In this document: positions 13,389 through 26,371 of the stretch, piece after piece
Position numbering within the stretch: the first letter of the stretch is position 1
How the letters are laid out: every line of letters starts with the position of its first letter
NCBI RefSeq assembly: GCF_001194135.2
Contig: NC_068996.1
Coordinates: forward strand, 13,856,049-13,920,048
Length of the DNA: 64,000 bases
Source: Octopus bimaculoides
Lineage: Eukaryota
Direction of reading: 5' to 3'
Notes under the pieces: generated by a model
What the model was told of the DNA's origin: nothing
The model's database searches: none
The model's input: only the letters and a program-made list of their open reading frames with translations
Position numbers and translations under genes: made by a program

Positions 13389-13818
13389 AATAAATATTTT
13401 GTTGATGTATTTAGGTTGTTTTATCCTTGTGCTTGTTCTCTGATTATTTTGTTAACTGTATCTGTGGTGTGTATTTTATAGACAATAAAGAAATGGTTGT
13501 ATCTGTGGTGTGGTGTATGAATTTCAAAACTTTTAGCTGGGGGTTGTTATTAATTTGTTTATGGTAAGTTGTCGGGTTGGTGATAGATGTATTTGTTTTA
13601 TACTTTATCTTTTACGTGTTACGGCCATTGGACTACGGTGATGCTGCACCTTCGTTTTGAAGGATTTTAGTCGTACAAATCGATCCCATTACTCATTTTT
13701 TAAAGCTTATCATTCTCTTATTTAGAAATAAGTTACTGAGACCAAAACAATCCAACACTGGGGCAAACGCAAACATTCACGCATGACTGTATACACATAC
13801 ATATCTGTTTACCTATCT

Positions 13819-13886
<68 letters not shown>

Positions 13887-14140
13887 GTCAATTTATCTGG
13901 AGTGATGTGTTCGTGCGCACATGGTATTTCGTATTTCTGAAAATAAATGTGTATGAGTGAAAGCCTGAAGTGAAACAATCTTTCGAAAAAAACTCGAAAA
14001 ATCAGGCACGTCTGCTCAGTTATGGTTAGTTTTAGATTGCGTATTGCTGCCTACGTTATTTTGTAATTTCCAAATTAGCATTTCGCTACATCAGCCGTAA
14101 ACCTGTATGGTAAATATGGTAAACATTCGGCGATAGAGTA

Positions 14141-14186
14141 GTTACTACTGATGAGTTTGCAATTTATAGACGAAACTAGTCAAGTA
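14141..14186 (+). ncRNA. Minimal hammerhead ribozyme motif (intact core, palindromic helix III)
   Basis: CTGATGA 14148-14154, GTTT/AGAC stem II, GAAA, ACTAGT palindrome, GTC site 14179-14181, and a 4-bp stem I after one mismatch. Confidence 0.5.
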
Positions 14187-14337
14187 CAGTGATCCCACCT
14201 TCGATTGTAGGGCGGTTATCTCCTCTGTCAGTAAATGAAAATGGGTTTCTTTGCAGTTCTAATGGCGTTGATTCTTATTTCTAGTTATATAGGTGATAAT
14301 TTGTGATTAGAGGCGGTCGTAAATCGAGGTACTACTG
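14187..14337. mobile_element. Tigger/pogo-like MITE
   Basis: ta|cagtgatcccaccttcgatt ... aaatcgaggtactactg|ta: CAGT...ACTG TIRs with TA on both sides. Confidence 0.65.
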
Positions 14338-14404
14338 TATTCATTGAATATGAGAAAGAGGAGATAAAGCACGATTTATTCGTGATCAGAGCTGTACTAC
14401 AGCA

Positions 14405-14603
14405 CGAAGGGGTGCTAAAAGTTCCTGGCGTTGGGTAATAGAAAATACAGAAGGATCAGTTAACATTCGCCTCTCAGATTTACGGTCTTACTGCAGCGGT
14501 CCTTCCTTTTTTAGTAAGCCCTGTAAAAGAACTAGAAAATTTTGGCTTCCAACCAGGTCTCTCGCGATATCCTTAAAACCAGGAAGATTTCAGTACCCCA
14601 TCG
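14405..14603 (+). mobile_element. Mariner-type MITE, copy 1
   Basis: TIRs cgaaggggtgctaaaagttcctgg / ccaggaagatttcagtaccccatcg; the interior is shared with 49177-49384. Confidence 0.7.
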
Positions 14604-14712
14604 TGTATATATANNNNNNNNNNNNNNNNNNNNNNNNNNNNNNNNNNNNNNNNNNNNNNNNNNNNNNNNNNNNNNNNNNNNNNNNNNNNNNNNNNNNNNN
14701 NNNNNNNNNNNN

Positions 14713-14749
<37 letters not shown>

Positions 14750-16001
14750 CCTTATGGAGGAAAGTAGTGGGAGAAATTTGTTCAGTTATAACTCTTCCGG
14801 TACACCAGCATGGCTGCAGTCGCATGAGTGACAAGTACAATTTGAACCATCACCAGCTACCCTTCCCACATGACATCCTAGCACATTAACAAATCTGAAG
14901 CTGACAATTTGATAATCCTTAATACCGAATAGCATTTACTTGTTTCTGTCATAAAATTGCGGCCATGCTGGGGCACCACCTTAAAGGGTTTTAGACGAAA
15001 GAATCGGCACTAACACTTATTTTTTAAGTTTGATACTCATTCTATCGGACGCCATGGTTGAGAAATAAACTTCTCAACCACAGAACCACCCCAGTGCTTA
15101 TGTTTTTTTGTTTTTTTTTTTTCGTTTTTTACTCTTTCCTTTTTATTTTGGATTTAAACGCTGAATTCTTTATTTTATATATTTGTTATATTCATTTCCA
15201 GCTCTTTATTCTTATGTTTTTCAACGTTATAGTTTTACTCTTAGGTTAATTTTTACACTTATTTTTCTATTTTCTCTTTCTATTTGTTATATATTTTATT
15301 TTTATTAGTATATTGTGTTAGTTTTTACAGTTAAATATTTTTTCCTTTCTTTCATAAAATGCTTCATTTCATTTAAAATGACAAACTTCACTGTTTAAAA
15401 ATCGGGTTAAACCAATTATCTTTGCACGAAATAATCCAACAGATCAATGCAATCTTGTGTTCAATCAAACTAAGAGTGGCGATCAGAAGAAGCAGCGTGG
15501 TAGGGGAGATACTTAGGTTAATTTTTGTTAGTTTTCTGTGTGGCTGTGTGGTAAAAAGTTTGCTTTCCAACCACGTGGTTCGGGGTTCAGTCCCACTGCT
15601 TGAAAATGTGTGCATGTGTTTTATACTATAGCTCCAGGCCGACCAGAGACTTGTGAAAGAAACAGAAAGAAGACTTTTGGAAACGGGAGTGTGTGTGTGT
15701 GTGTGTTTGTGCGTGTGTTTGTGCGTGTGTACGTGTATGTGTGTGCTTCTGTTTCTGTTCCCCCTACCACTTGCAAATTGGTGATGGTTTTTCTCCCTCC
15801 CGCAACTTTGCTGTTTGGCATAAGCTGCGATATAATAATTATCAGGCTTCAAAATATAAGTACTGGAATATATTTTTTCGACTAAAGCGGTGTCCCAGCA
15901 TGACAGATAACTGATGAAAAGTTGGTGACTATCTGTGTTTTTTTACACGGTTTTTGGAATTATATATATATATATATATACATAAACATATATTCGGTGT
16001 G

Positions 16002-16034
<33 letters not shown>

Positions 16035-16215
16035 NNNNNNNNNNNNNNNNNNNNNNNNNNNNNNNNNNNNNNNNNNNNNNNNNNNNNNNNNNNNNNNNNN
16101 NNNNNNNNNNNNNNNNNNNNNNNNNNNNNNNNNNNNNNNNNNNNNNNNNNNNNNNNNNNNNNNNNNNNNNNNNNNNNNNNNNNNNNNNNNNNNNNNNNNN
16201 NNNNNNNNNNNNNNN

Positions 16216-16262
<47 letters not shown>

Positions 16263-16939
16263 GAGAGAGACAGACAGACAGACAGAAAGAAAGATGGAGT
16301 GAGAAGGGGAGAGAGTGCTAGAAAGGCAGATATACACAGGTAGGCTTAAAGTATGTATTTCCTTGGAATATAAAATACAGATTACAACTAAAGAAAACAA
16401 GGAATTATCTAGAGATATAACTCGACAGGTGTTTCAAGAGAACCTTAACTTATGCCATAATATTCATACGTAAGAAGAGCATAGCATAACATATGTGTAA
16501 CACCATGAGATCCAATGAAATTGTTAAGCTAGATTTGTGATCATCTATTAGAGAAGGATGGCGGATGTATGAATGTGTATATGCATATATATATAAACAT
16601 GTGTGTATATATAGGAGTTGTCTCATGTTATTTTATGACAAAAATATGCAACGTACAATATCTGTCCATCCTTTTATATATTAATGTAGGTGATGTGAAT
16701 ATACGGATCATTGCTTGTTGTCTATACTATAATATAACACTGCTTATTAATTACTTTAATTATGAAAAGCAATTATTAAAATTTACAATGTCTACAATAT
16801 TCTTATCAATTCAAGTTGATCAAGTTTTCTTTTTTCTTAAGGCAATTCTTAAAGTACGATTTTAAAAACTATTTTCCATTCATTGTGTCTCGGTTATCCT
16901 AACTTTCAAAACTGTATTTTTTAGCGTCTTTTTATGCGT

Positions 16940-17580
16940 CGGAATAACTACAGCAGTGTGATCACCCCAAATCTGAGTCGACATAACTTTCTGAAAAATT
17001 GTTCCTTTTTAATTGAAATTTTCTACAAACACATTGATTCTTATCATATCTATATATCTTGAAAAAGTTGGGATGCTGAATATTTCACAGCTCTCGACTT
17101 TGTTTCCTCATGTGTTTTCATGATTTATGAACACTATTCAATCGTTTATCGAAAAGTTTTTGATAGAAATCTTTGTAGAAAGGTGAGTACAATGCTAGTA
17201 ATAATTATTGAGTTCATATTTCTTTCATTATTTTTATCGTAGTCTTCATCTCTGATGCAAACTTAAAAGTAGCCTAACGTGTACGCAGAATATTTCATTA
17301 TGCTTTAAGAGCTGTGATCACGTGGGCTCGAAATGTAATTTCTTTTGTGTATCATAACTTTAACTAAATCATCAAAATGTATGAGGAAACAAAGTCGAGA
17401 GGCGTGAAATTTCTGCCACCCTCACATTTATCTTTTCCCATTAAATTCCGATATTATTATAAATTTAAAGCATCTGAAACATATTTTCAGAAAACTTTAT
17501 TTGAAATATTCTCTTTTCAGAAAGTTATCAAGAAACAAAGTCAGCAGGGTACATTTCTGTAGCTATGCCTTAAATGTCTC
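16940..17580. mobile_element. Old degenerate inverted-repeat element
   Basis: tttcacagctctcgactttgtttcctcat (~17082-17110) is inverted at ~17380-17408, with weaker outward pairing (cataactttctgaaa / ttcagaaagttatc). Confidence 0.4.
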
Positions 17581-17911
17581 TATTGAGAGAGTGAGTACCA
17601 GTAGATGAATAAAGGATACAAATGAAAATTAGAAAACATACGAGATTTGTTATACATACATGTATAGATGTGTGTGTGTGCAGAAATTATAGAATAGAGT
17701 AAAAATCAACAAGCAAAACGATAAAAATGATACCGACATGATTCGAAGAAAAAATTTATCAGAGCGAAATTTCTTCGTCTGGCTGTCTGGTATGCTATAG
17801 GCGTTTCAATATATCATCGTTAGCACTGCTATTTCGAACAAATTAAACAACCACGTAGATGGGCTACCACTGAGTTTTTTAAAATGACAGGTTAGTCTGC
17901 GATAAAATAAC

Positions 17912-18546
17912 TAATTCTACCACAGGCGCAAATTGTGAATTTTTGGGAGAGAGACTAGTGAATTAAGTCGACCCCAATACTCAACTGCTACTTATTTTAT
18001 CGACCACGCAAGACTGAAAGGCCCGCTGGCCCCAGTGGAGTTTTAACTCAAACCTAAAGACCGGGAGAAATGTCTCTGTAAGCAGTTTGTCCGGTATGCT
18101 ACCAATTCTGCCAGCTCGCCATCTTAGACAGCAACAAAATAATCCATTCTACTACAGGTACAAGACGTGAAATTTTTGTTAAAGAGCTAATCGATTACAT
18201 CAAGCCCAGTGCTCAATTGTTATTTATTTTATCGATCACAAATGGCAATGGAAAGCAAAATCGGCCTCGGCGAAATTTCATCTTAGAACGTAAAACCAAG
18301 AGAAATACAGACGTGCTAACGATTCTGCCAGCTCGGCGCCTTGTCTACTATAGGCAGCAGGCCAGAAAGGTTGGGAAAGTGGCTAAGTTGGTCGAATACC
18401 TTGTCCACTCTACTTATTTTATTGACCCCGAGAAGATGAATGACAAAAATCAACCTCGGCGGAATTTCAATTCAAAGCATAAAGCCGAACAAAATGGTGC
18501 TAGACATTTAGTTCGACGCGTTGATGATTCTGCTAGCTCACCACAT
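17912..18546 (-). mobile_element. Three tandem minus-strand copies of the same SINE family
   Basis: Each copy has attctgccagctcgcc-type heads and tacttattttatcgacc cores. Confidence 0.8.
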
Positions 18547-19030
18547 CTGACTGCAGTAAAATAATGAAAGAAATATTTACTGAGCGAGTGAATAGTGTTA
18601 GACGAATAAAGAATACAAAGGAAAATTAGATGTAACATCACAAAAATTACACAAATTGGGAATCAAATGTGTAAATATCATTTAGTGACTAACAGAAAAC
18701 CGCCCTCCGGCCCCTCGGGCGCTTATCTGCTTGTTAACATTAATAAATTCTAATATTTACCCAATAATAATTTTTCCATATTGACCTGCTCTGATCAATG
18801 AAGGCGAAATATAAATACCCAGAGCAGAAGTCTAGTTGATATTAACCTGTTCTATTGTTTACCTTCGATTCCATGGCTGATTGGTATCAAAGCTCGATCA
18901 GCATTTATTTTTAATTTGCCCTTAATTGTTGACGCGATGATTAAAACACAGGTTGTAAAACATGAAATGTTTAAGAGAGCATCTCAAAAGATCCATGAAG
19001 CTTATCGCTTGGTATTAATTCTGAAAATAT

Positions 19031-19690
19031 AAGGCGGTAAGGTGGCAGAATCGTTAGCGCGTCGGACAAAGTGTTAAGTTATATTTCTTCCAACTCAGTT
19101 CAAATTCTGCTGATATCGACTTTGGATTCCATTATTTTGGGGTCAGTAAAATAAATACATGTTGAACATTGGGGACGATATGGTCAGCTAACTCACTACC
19201 CAGAAATTACTGGCCATGCGGCACAGTTTCTAACTATTATTAGTATTATTATGGTACAGAGCTGGTAGGATCATTAACACTCATGACAAATTGTAGAGAG
19301 GCATTTCTTTTTGCTTTACGTTCTGATATAAAATTTCGCCTAGGTCGACTTTGCTTTTCATCCTTTCAAGGTCGATAAAGTAAATACCTATTGACCACTG
19401 GGATCGATCAAATCAATGTCTTGCAGTATTTCACCCAACTCCTCAAATTAAGTGAAGATCGGCTTTCATTCTTTCGGGGTCGATGAAATAAGAACCAGTC
19501 AAGTACAAGGTCACGCATTGCTGGCCTTGTGCAAAAATTTGAAACCATAGTTATTACCATTGCGGTGAGCTGGCAAAATCATTAGCATGTCGGACAAAAT
19601 GCTTAACAATATTCTTTCCGGCTTTACGTTCCAAGTTCTAATGCTGCCGATGTTGACTATGCATTTTATCATTTGGACGAAAGTCCATCA
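19031..19690 (+). mobile_element. Three to four tandem plus-strand copies of the same SINE family
   Basis: Heads ggcggtaaggtggcagaatcgttag (19031), gagctggtaggatcatt (~19255) and gcggtgagctggcaaaatcattag (~19560). Confidence 0.8.
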
Positions 19691-19692
19691 TT

Positions 19693-19737
<45 letters not shown>

Positions 19738-20019
19738 NNNNNNNNNNGTATAGGCCTTTCTGTAAGGTTAACAGCAGTTGGTAATTTCAATGGTAAACCC
19801 TGGTTTAATATATTCAGATAAGAAAAGAAATGGAGAAACATTTAACAATTAGAAGTTGTTTATTGGTATTAAATGGTCATAGATTAATTATAGTTAAAAT
19901 AACATTTACAGCTGGAGAGTGGAACACTTTAAGAAAGTAATAAATAAAGTAATTATTAAAACTATGATAAAATTTGAACTAGGCAGGAAAAAATTTTCTA
20001 TGGATAGTATACATTCACA

Positions 20020-20990
20020 AGCTATTTTATTCCTTTTCTATGGTGTTCTACCCTACCTGATCATTTTATTGTTTTACTATTTTATAATAGCTTTTATTGA
20101 TAAAATAAATCTAATTTTGCACGCCTATAAATTCATAAATAATTAGCATGTTCTTTTACCGCAGTACTCCTTTATTAAATACCAGTAAATACCAATAATC
20201 AATCTTCGCAGATACCATCAAATAAGTGGGTAATTAAGTATATAAAATGCATAAATATTAAACTATTTCTATGTAATTTTTTTCCTCCCACTATTGTGGT
20301 ATAATTTGGTACATACTCAAAAGTATTCAAAACAAATTTCTCCTTTTGTTATAATATTCTTCTTAATAATCTTCTGAATAACCCTAAATTTTAACTTTAT
20401 ACAATATGGCAATATTGTTTAAAATATTTAACTATAGTATCTGTATCATTTCCCCTGTATCATTATCAATGGTCTACTAGTGGCTTGCCCCCTTAATTGT
20501 CAGCTAACATCTTGATTTAAGATTTCCTTTACCAAATCTCATTATATTGCTTCAAATAAATCTTGATAGTTTTATGCCTATACCCACTATGATTTCTGCC
20601 GACTCCCTCAGCCCCCTTCATAACAAACACTGCTCCTTGCTCTTTGGCCTTAGATTTTAATATACAAAGATTTGATAAACAACACTATAAATTAAAACTG
20701 ACCCTAAAAAGCAGTGACAAGCTAAATCTCTAACAAGTCTTTCTTCCTGATACCATAGTAACTTCTAAACTGAAGTGAAGACAGAATGTACTTTGTGTAT
20801 CTCCTTACCTTCTTGGAGGTTTTAGTTAAAATTATAGAAATGTGTTTTAATTTAATTTCATTCTGTCTTTATGCAGCTGGGGATTGTTCTGCATTTAAAT
20901 TCATGTAATGATTGCATTGTTCAATTAAAAGAAGTTGCTTGAAACGATCGTACTACAATACCTCTGGATATCCTTGTTGCTTATTTTGAT
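20020..20990. mobile_element. Second, oppositely oriented partial copy of the same TIR element
   Basis: Its reverse complement aligns by eye along ~21225-22310, and it ends in the same TIR (...gttgcttattttgat). Confidence 0.7.
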
Positions 20991-21034
20991 ATACGTGTGT
21001 GTGTGTGTGTGTGTGTGTGCGTGTGTGTGTGTGT

Positions 21035-21125
<91 letters not shown>

Positions 21126-21221
21126 TTCAGCAAAAATTTAGATTCAGATAAATATAGTACTTAAGTTGAGGCACCAGAATTTAGTACGGTATTATCCATA
21201 TAATTTAAGATAGGTGATTAG

Positions 21222-22771
21222 AATCAAAATAAGCAACAAGGATATCCAGAAGTAATGCAGTACGACCGTTTCACGCAACTCCATTTAATTGAACAATGCG
21301 ACCACTACATCAATTTAAATGCAGAGCAATTCTCAGCTGCACAAAGACATAGAATGCAATTAGATTAAAACAGATTGACACATTAATATAATTTTACCCA
21401 AAAGCCTCAAGAAGTTGAGGAGATAGACAAAGAACATCGTTGCCCTTCCTTCCACTTAGAAGCTACTAAGCTATCAGGAAGAAAGACTTGTTACAGATTT
21501 TGCTTATCACTTTCATACGGGGTCAGTTTTAATTTATAGACTAGTTTCATCAAATCCTTGTATATCTAAGGCCGGGTCTGTTAGCGCTAGGACTGAATGA
21601 GTCGATAGAAATCATAGTGGGTATAGTCATAAAAATCAAGATTTATTTGAAGCAATATCATGGGATTTGATAAAGGAAAACTTAAATCAAGATGTTAGCT
21701 GACAATTAAGGGGGCTTGCCAATAACAGACCATTGGTAGTGAAACAGGGGAAATCTTATCATGTAGTACTATAGTTAAATATTTTAAACAATACTGCTGT
21801 ATTGTATAAAGTTAAAGTTCAGGATTATTCAGAGGATTATTAAGGAGAATAATTATAACAAAAGGTTAAAATGTTTAAGAATGCTTTTAAGTATATATCA
21901 AACTTTTACCACAATAGAAGGAGGAAAAGAAATTATCCAGAAATAGTTTAATATTTATACATATTATAAACTTAAATACTAACTTATCAGATGGTTTCAG
22001 TCAATATTGATCAATTGGTATATACTGATATTTAATAAAGGAGTACTGAAGTAAAAGAACATGTTAACTATAAATTAATTTAATTATAATCTAAGCAGTT
22101 TAATTTAAGTAGTGAATATACCGGCATTGTTATATATAAGCTAAGTTTGAATTTATAGATGTACAAATATTAGATTTAATTTATAAATAAATAAATAAAT
22201 GCTATTATAAAATAATAACGAAATAAAATAATCAGGTTGGGCAGAACAGGAATAAAATAGCTTAAGAAAGGAATAAAAAAAGGAATAGAACAGAAATGAA
22301 ATAGCTTAATCACTAAAACAGGATGAAGTATATGTCGCTTATTAACCACAATAGACAAGATGTATAGAAAATGTATAATAATTCAAAATATACTAAACTA
22401 AAAATTATATATTTACTTATTTAGCTAGCATCAATAAAGACTGATACCTGGTATTAGCTAAGGGAATATTTATGTTACGGGACATTCTAACCTTACACAA
22501 ATCTTTTAAAACTAAGGGTTATGTTATAGGTTTTAGAAGTTATTATTTTTAGTTTCTTTGGGGTATTTAATTAGAAGGGCTACTTATATAAAGGTCTTAT
22601 AAATACTAAGATCAGGAGGGTAGAGCACTTTAATTAAATTCTATATCTTTCTGCAGCTGAGGATTGCTCTGCATTTAAATTCATGTAATGTTTGCATTGT
22701 TCAATTAAATGGTATTTCGTGAGACAATCGTACTGCATTACCTCTGGATATTCTTGTTGCTTATTTTGATT
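21222..22771. mobile_element. Unclassified ~1.55-kb non-coding element with ~140-bp terminal inverted repeats
   Basis: 21222-21365 (aatcaaaataagcaacaaggatatccag...) is the reverse complement of 22640-22771 (...ctggatattcttgttgcttattttgatt). The interior is AT-rich with no ORF. Confidence 0.65.
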
Positions 22772-22951
22772 ATAGATATAAATATATACACAAATAAATA
22801 TATGTGTATACATATAAATATATATACATATATATATATATAAATATATATAGATATAGATATATATACATAGCAATATATATAAATATATACATATAGA
22901 TATATAGATATACATGTAGATATATGTACATATAAATATATATATAAATAC

Positions 22952-22990
<39 letters not shown>

Positions 22991-23366
22991 NNNNNNNNNN
23001 NNNNNNNNNNNNNNNNNNNNNNNNNNNNNNNNNNNNNNNNNNNNNNNNNNNNNNNNNNNNNNNNNNNNNNNNNNNNNNNNNNNNNNNNNNNNNNNNNNNN
23101 NNNNNNNNNNNNNNNNNNNNNNNNNNNNNNNNNNNNNNNNNNNNNNNNNNNNNNNNNNNNNNNNNNNNNNNNNNNNNNNNNNNNNNNNNNNNNNNNNNNN
23201 NNNNNNNNNNNNNNNNNNNNNNNNNNNNNNNNNNNNNNNNNNNNNNNNNNNNNNNNNNNNNNNNNACTCATTTGTTTTCGTACTTCATGTTGTTTACACA
23301 GTTGGTGACGTCCTGTACTTATATATGCATATATATATATTCTTCTTCTTCTTCTTCTTCTTCTTC

Positions 23367-23431
<65 letters not shown>

Positions 23432-23432
23432 T

Positions 23433-23768
23433 GTGAAGGCGTATGGCTCAGGGTTTAGAGTGTCGAGCTTACGACCGTGTTGCTGTGAGTTCGAATCCCG
23501 GACCGGATTGCGTGTTGTCTTCTTGAGCAAGATACTTTATTTCACGTTGCTCCGGTTCACTCAGGTGTAGAAATGAGTTGCGACGTCACAGGTGCCAAGC
23601 TGTATCGGCCTTTGCCTTTCCCTTGGCTAACATTGGTAGTGAGGAGAGGGGAGGCTGGTATGCATGGGCGACTGCTGGTCTTCCATAAACAACCTTGCCC
23701 GGACTTGTGCCTCGGAGGGTAACTTTCTAGGTGCAATCCCATGGGCACTCATGACCGAAGGGGGTCTC
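23433..23768 (+). mobile_element. Third tRNA-derived SINE family; partial copy ~32072-32240, interrupted copy 47008-47710
   Basis: A-box tggctcagggtttag, B-box gttcgaatccc, and core tttcacgttgctcc.g.tcactcag.tgtagaaatgagttgcg. Confidence 0.75.
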
Positions 23769-24477
23769 AGCGATTATTATCATTTAATTGAACGCCACGC
23801 ATCCACTTCCACGTAAGTTTATCTTAACCTTTATAATGCGACTCTTTTCTATGCTGCTTTCTACCCCATCCTTCACAAATTCCTATTTTCTCCCCTTCGC
23901 TGTTTTCTATCTGTCTCTCTCTAGCCCTTTTTCTCTTTTTCCTCTCTCGCTGCTCACATGTGGCCATCGTCCATCCTTCTTTTCCTGCACGTCTTTCTAA
24001 GGACTGGAGTCTTCTATCTATCACTCTCTTCTATTTCTCTCTCACTCTCTCTCTCTCTGTCTCTCTCTCTCTTATCTTTTCTCTTTTGAAAGAAAATATT
24101 TCTACTAGCGTTCACTATTTTCGTCTCGTTCTGGTGTAACGTGCCTCCATGTTTGTTTCCGTTCGGTTATCTTCTATGTCTCCACTGTCCAGTTTTTGTT
24201 CCCAGCTTTCACCTTCCATAAATTCAAAATCTTATTTTGGTGTTTATGGGCGGAACTGTCTCCGAGAACTCGTATTGTCTTTGGATGCTCGAAATGAGGA
24301 GTAGATACACAGATGACAACTAATGAAAGGTCATTTTCCGTGTTACCTGTCCTGTTTTCCATTTTACTTTTCCTCTCCTCTTTGCGTATTTAACGCGTTT
24401 GTTTTCATACTTTATGTTGTTTACACAGTTGATGACGTCTTGTACCCATATATGGATACACACACACAGACACACAA

Positions 24478-24517
<40 letters not shown>

Positions 24518-24518
<1 letters not shown>

Positions 24519-24664
24519 GGAGCTGGAGTGGTGGTGTGGTAAGTAGATTACTTATCAGCCACATAGCACATTGGGCAAGTGTCTTCTACTATACCCTCGG
24601 GCCAACCCAAAACTTGTGAGTGGATTTGGTAGACGGAAGCTGAAAGAAGCCCGTCGTATATATG

Positions 24665-24711
<47 letters not shown>

Positions 24712-24865
24712 ACGCCCGCGTGTGCGTCTGTGTTTGTCCTCCTACCATCGCTTCACAACCGATGTTGGTATGTTTACGTCCCCGTAACCTAGCGGTTCGG
24801 CAGAAAGTACCCGATAGAATAAGTACTAGGCTTACAAAGAATAAGTTCTGGGGTCGATTTGTTCT
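24518..24865 (+). mobile_element. Second SINE family with an internal (TG)n/(TA)n tract; other copies at ~2985-3125(-), 11487-11690(-), 15538-15920(+), 36440-36670(+), 38165-38310(+), 55150-55525(+), 57900-58420(-), 59030-59165(-)
   Basis: Recurrent ggctgtgtggtaag...ggttcagtcccactg head, gtggatttggtagacggaa.ctgaaagaagcccgtcg, an internal microsatellite, then ccgtaac.tagcggttcggc. Confidence 0.8.
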
Positions 24866-25334
24866 AGTGTAGGTGACCATATGCATATATAGCATGTATG
24901 TCTTTTAGATGTGCATTTGATTATAACTGCACGCATGATCACGTGCATGTGTGTGTGTGTGCGCGCGTGTGTGTGTATATGAATATAACCGTGCGCGTAT
25001 GGGTATGTGCACGTGTGTGTGTGCGCGCACGTGTGTGGATTTGTATACGTATACATGCATGATTGCATATATATGTGCATCTATTCGACGTATCTGTGGG
25101 CGCGCATGTGTGTTTCATGCGAGTCTGAGTGAACATAGGCATATAGGTACATGTACGTGGGTGCGTGTGAGCGCATGTGTATGTATATACATGCACGCAC
25201 ACGCGATTGCTATGAGCTTTCATACTCTACTTTTTTTTTCCTCCCTTTCCGTTTTTTCCCCTTATTTAAGGGTCATTCTAATAGCCCTTTTGTCTAAATA
25301 ACGGTCATTTACACAGTATTTACACATATTTTAA

Positions 25335-25409
25335 TTGTCTCGATAACTGAAGAGATGCCGGTGCAGGTTTCTGCCCCGACATCCGAAACTCGGAGTTTTA
25401 TTATGGCAA
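25335..25409 (+). ncRNA. Type I hammerhead ribozyme motif (degenerate, probably Penelope-associated)
   Basis: CTGAAGA at 25347-25353, a long stem II, GAAA at 25385-25388, short stem III ACT/AGT, GTT site, and an extended stem I with 2 mismatches. Confidence 0.65.
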
Positions 25410-25532
25410 CTGAATAATTGTCACATATTATATTAGAAATATCAGCATGGCCGCAGCTCTAAGCTGAAACTATATAAAAAAATATATATATATACATGCA
25501 TGCATGCATACATACATACATACATACATACA

Positions 25533-25564
<32 letters not shown>

Positions 25565-26161
25565 CAAATATGTGAGATTATCTATGTGTTTGTGTGCACA
25601 ATTAAGATATAGCAAAATATAATGAGCGAGAAATAACATACACATAACAAAAAGTAACAAAAGTTCAAGGTATCTTGAAAGTTAATGTTATTAGATAGAT
25701 GTTCTAGTAAAGAAAAAATTCAGAAAGTAAAAGTTACAAAGTAAATTATAAATCTTCGGATAAATTCTTCTGTCGCATACCAAAGAGAAGTCCCAGAAGA
25801 GAGGAGAGGAAATAAGACAAAAGGGAAGAGATCGATATGGGTTAGGACAAATGTTCCTACACTCATACATAACATCTTATGCATACAATTAGATGGACAT
25901 TGACTTAGATCTCCACTTATATTATCTGTTTGCAGATATATATTGTTATATTTCGGGATGGTCATTTATTTATTTATTCATTTATTTATTTATTTATTTA
26001 TTCATTTATTTCCAAATAGACGCAATGGACATAAGATAAAATAAGAACAATAATGAGCAAATGAAGACCGAAAATGTAGTGCGTGCATCTATTTGGCAAA
26101 AACAATATGACCGTCTCGAAATATAACAATATCTGTTTCAACAACATTTTCACATCATAAA

Positions 26162-26197
<36 letters not shown>

Positions 26198-26200
<3 letters not shown>

Positions 26201-26371
26201 CAAGAGCGATTGATGCTTAACCACAGAGTATCAACTGAAGAATACTTTATTGGATTATGTTTCAGAGGTATTATGTTACAGAGACCATATGATTAGACCT
26301 CTGTAATAAAATGCTATAAAGTATCTCACCCTGATGATTCATTGTGGTTAAGCATCTAATTGCTCTTGGAA
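26198..26371. mobile_element. Short MITE with ~29-bp TIRs
   Basis: ttccaagagcgattgatgcttaaccaca ... tgtggttaagcatctaattgctcttggaa; a related single end lies near 30036-30066. Confidence 0.6.

Noticed and set aside
23433-23520. tRNA-like A/B-box sequences (also 3294, 12927, 32072, 47008)
   Set aside because: They are SINE heads continuing into SINE bodies, with no complete cloverleaf, so they were not called as tRNA genes.
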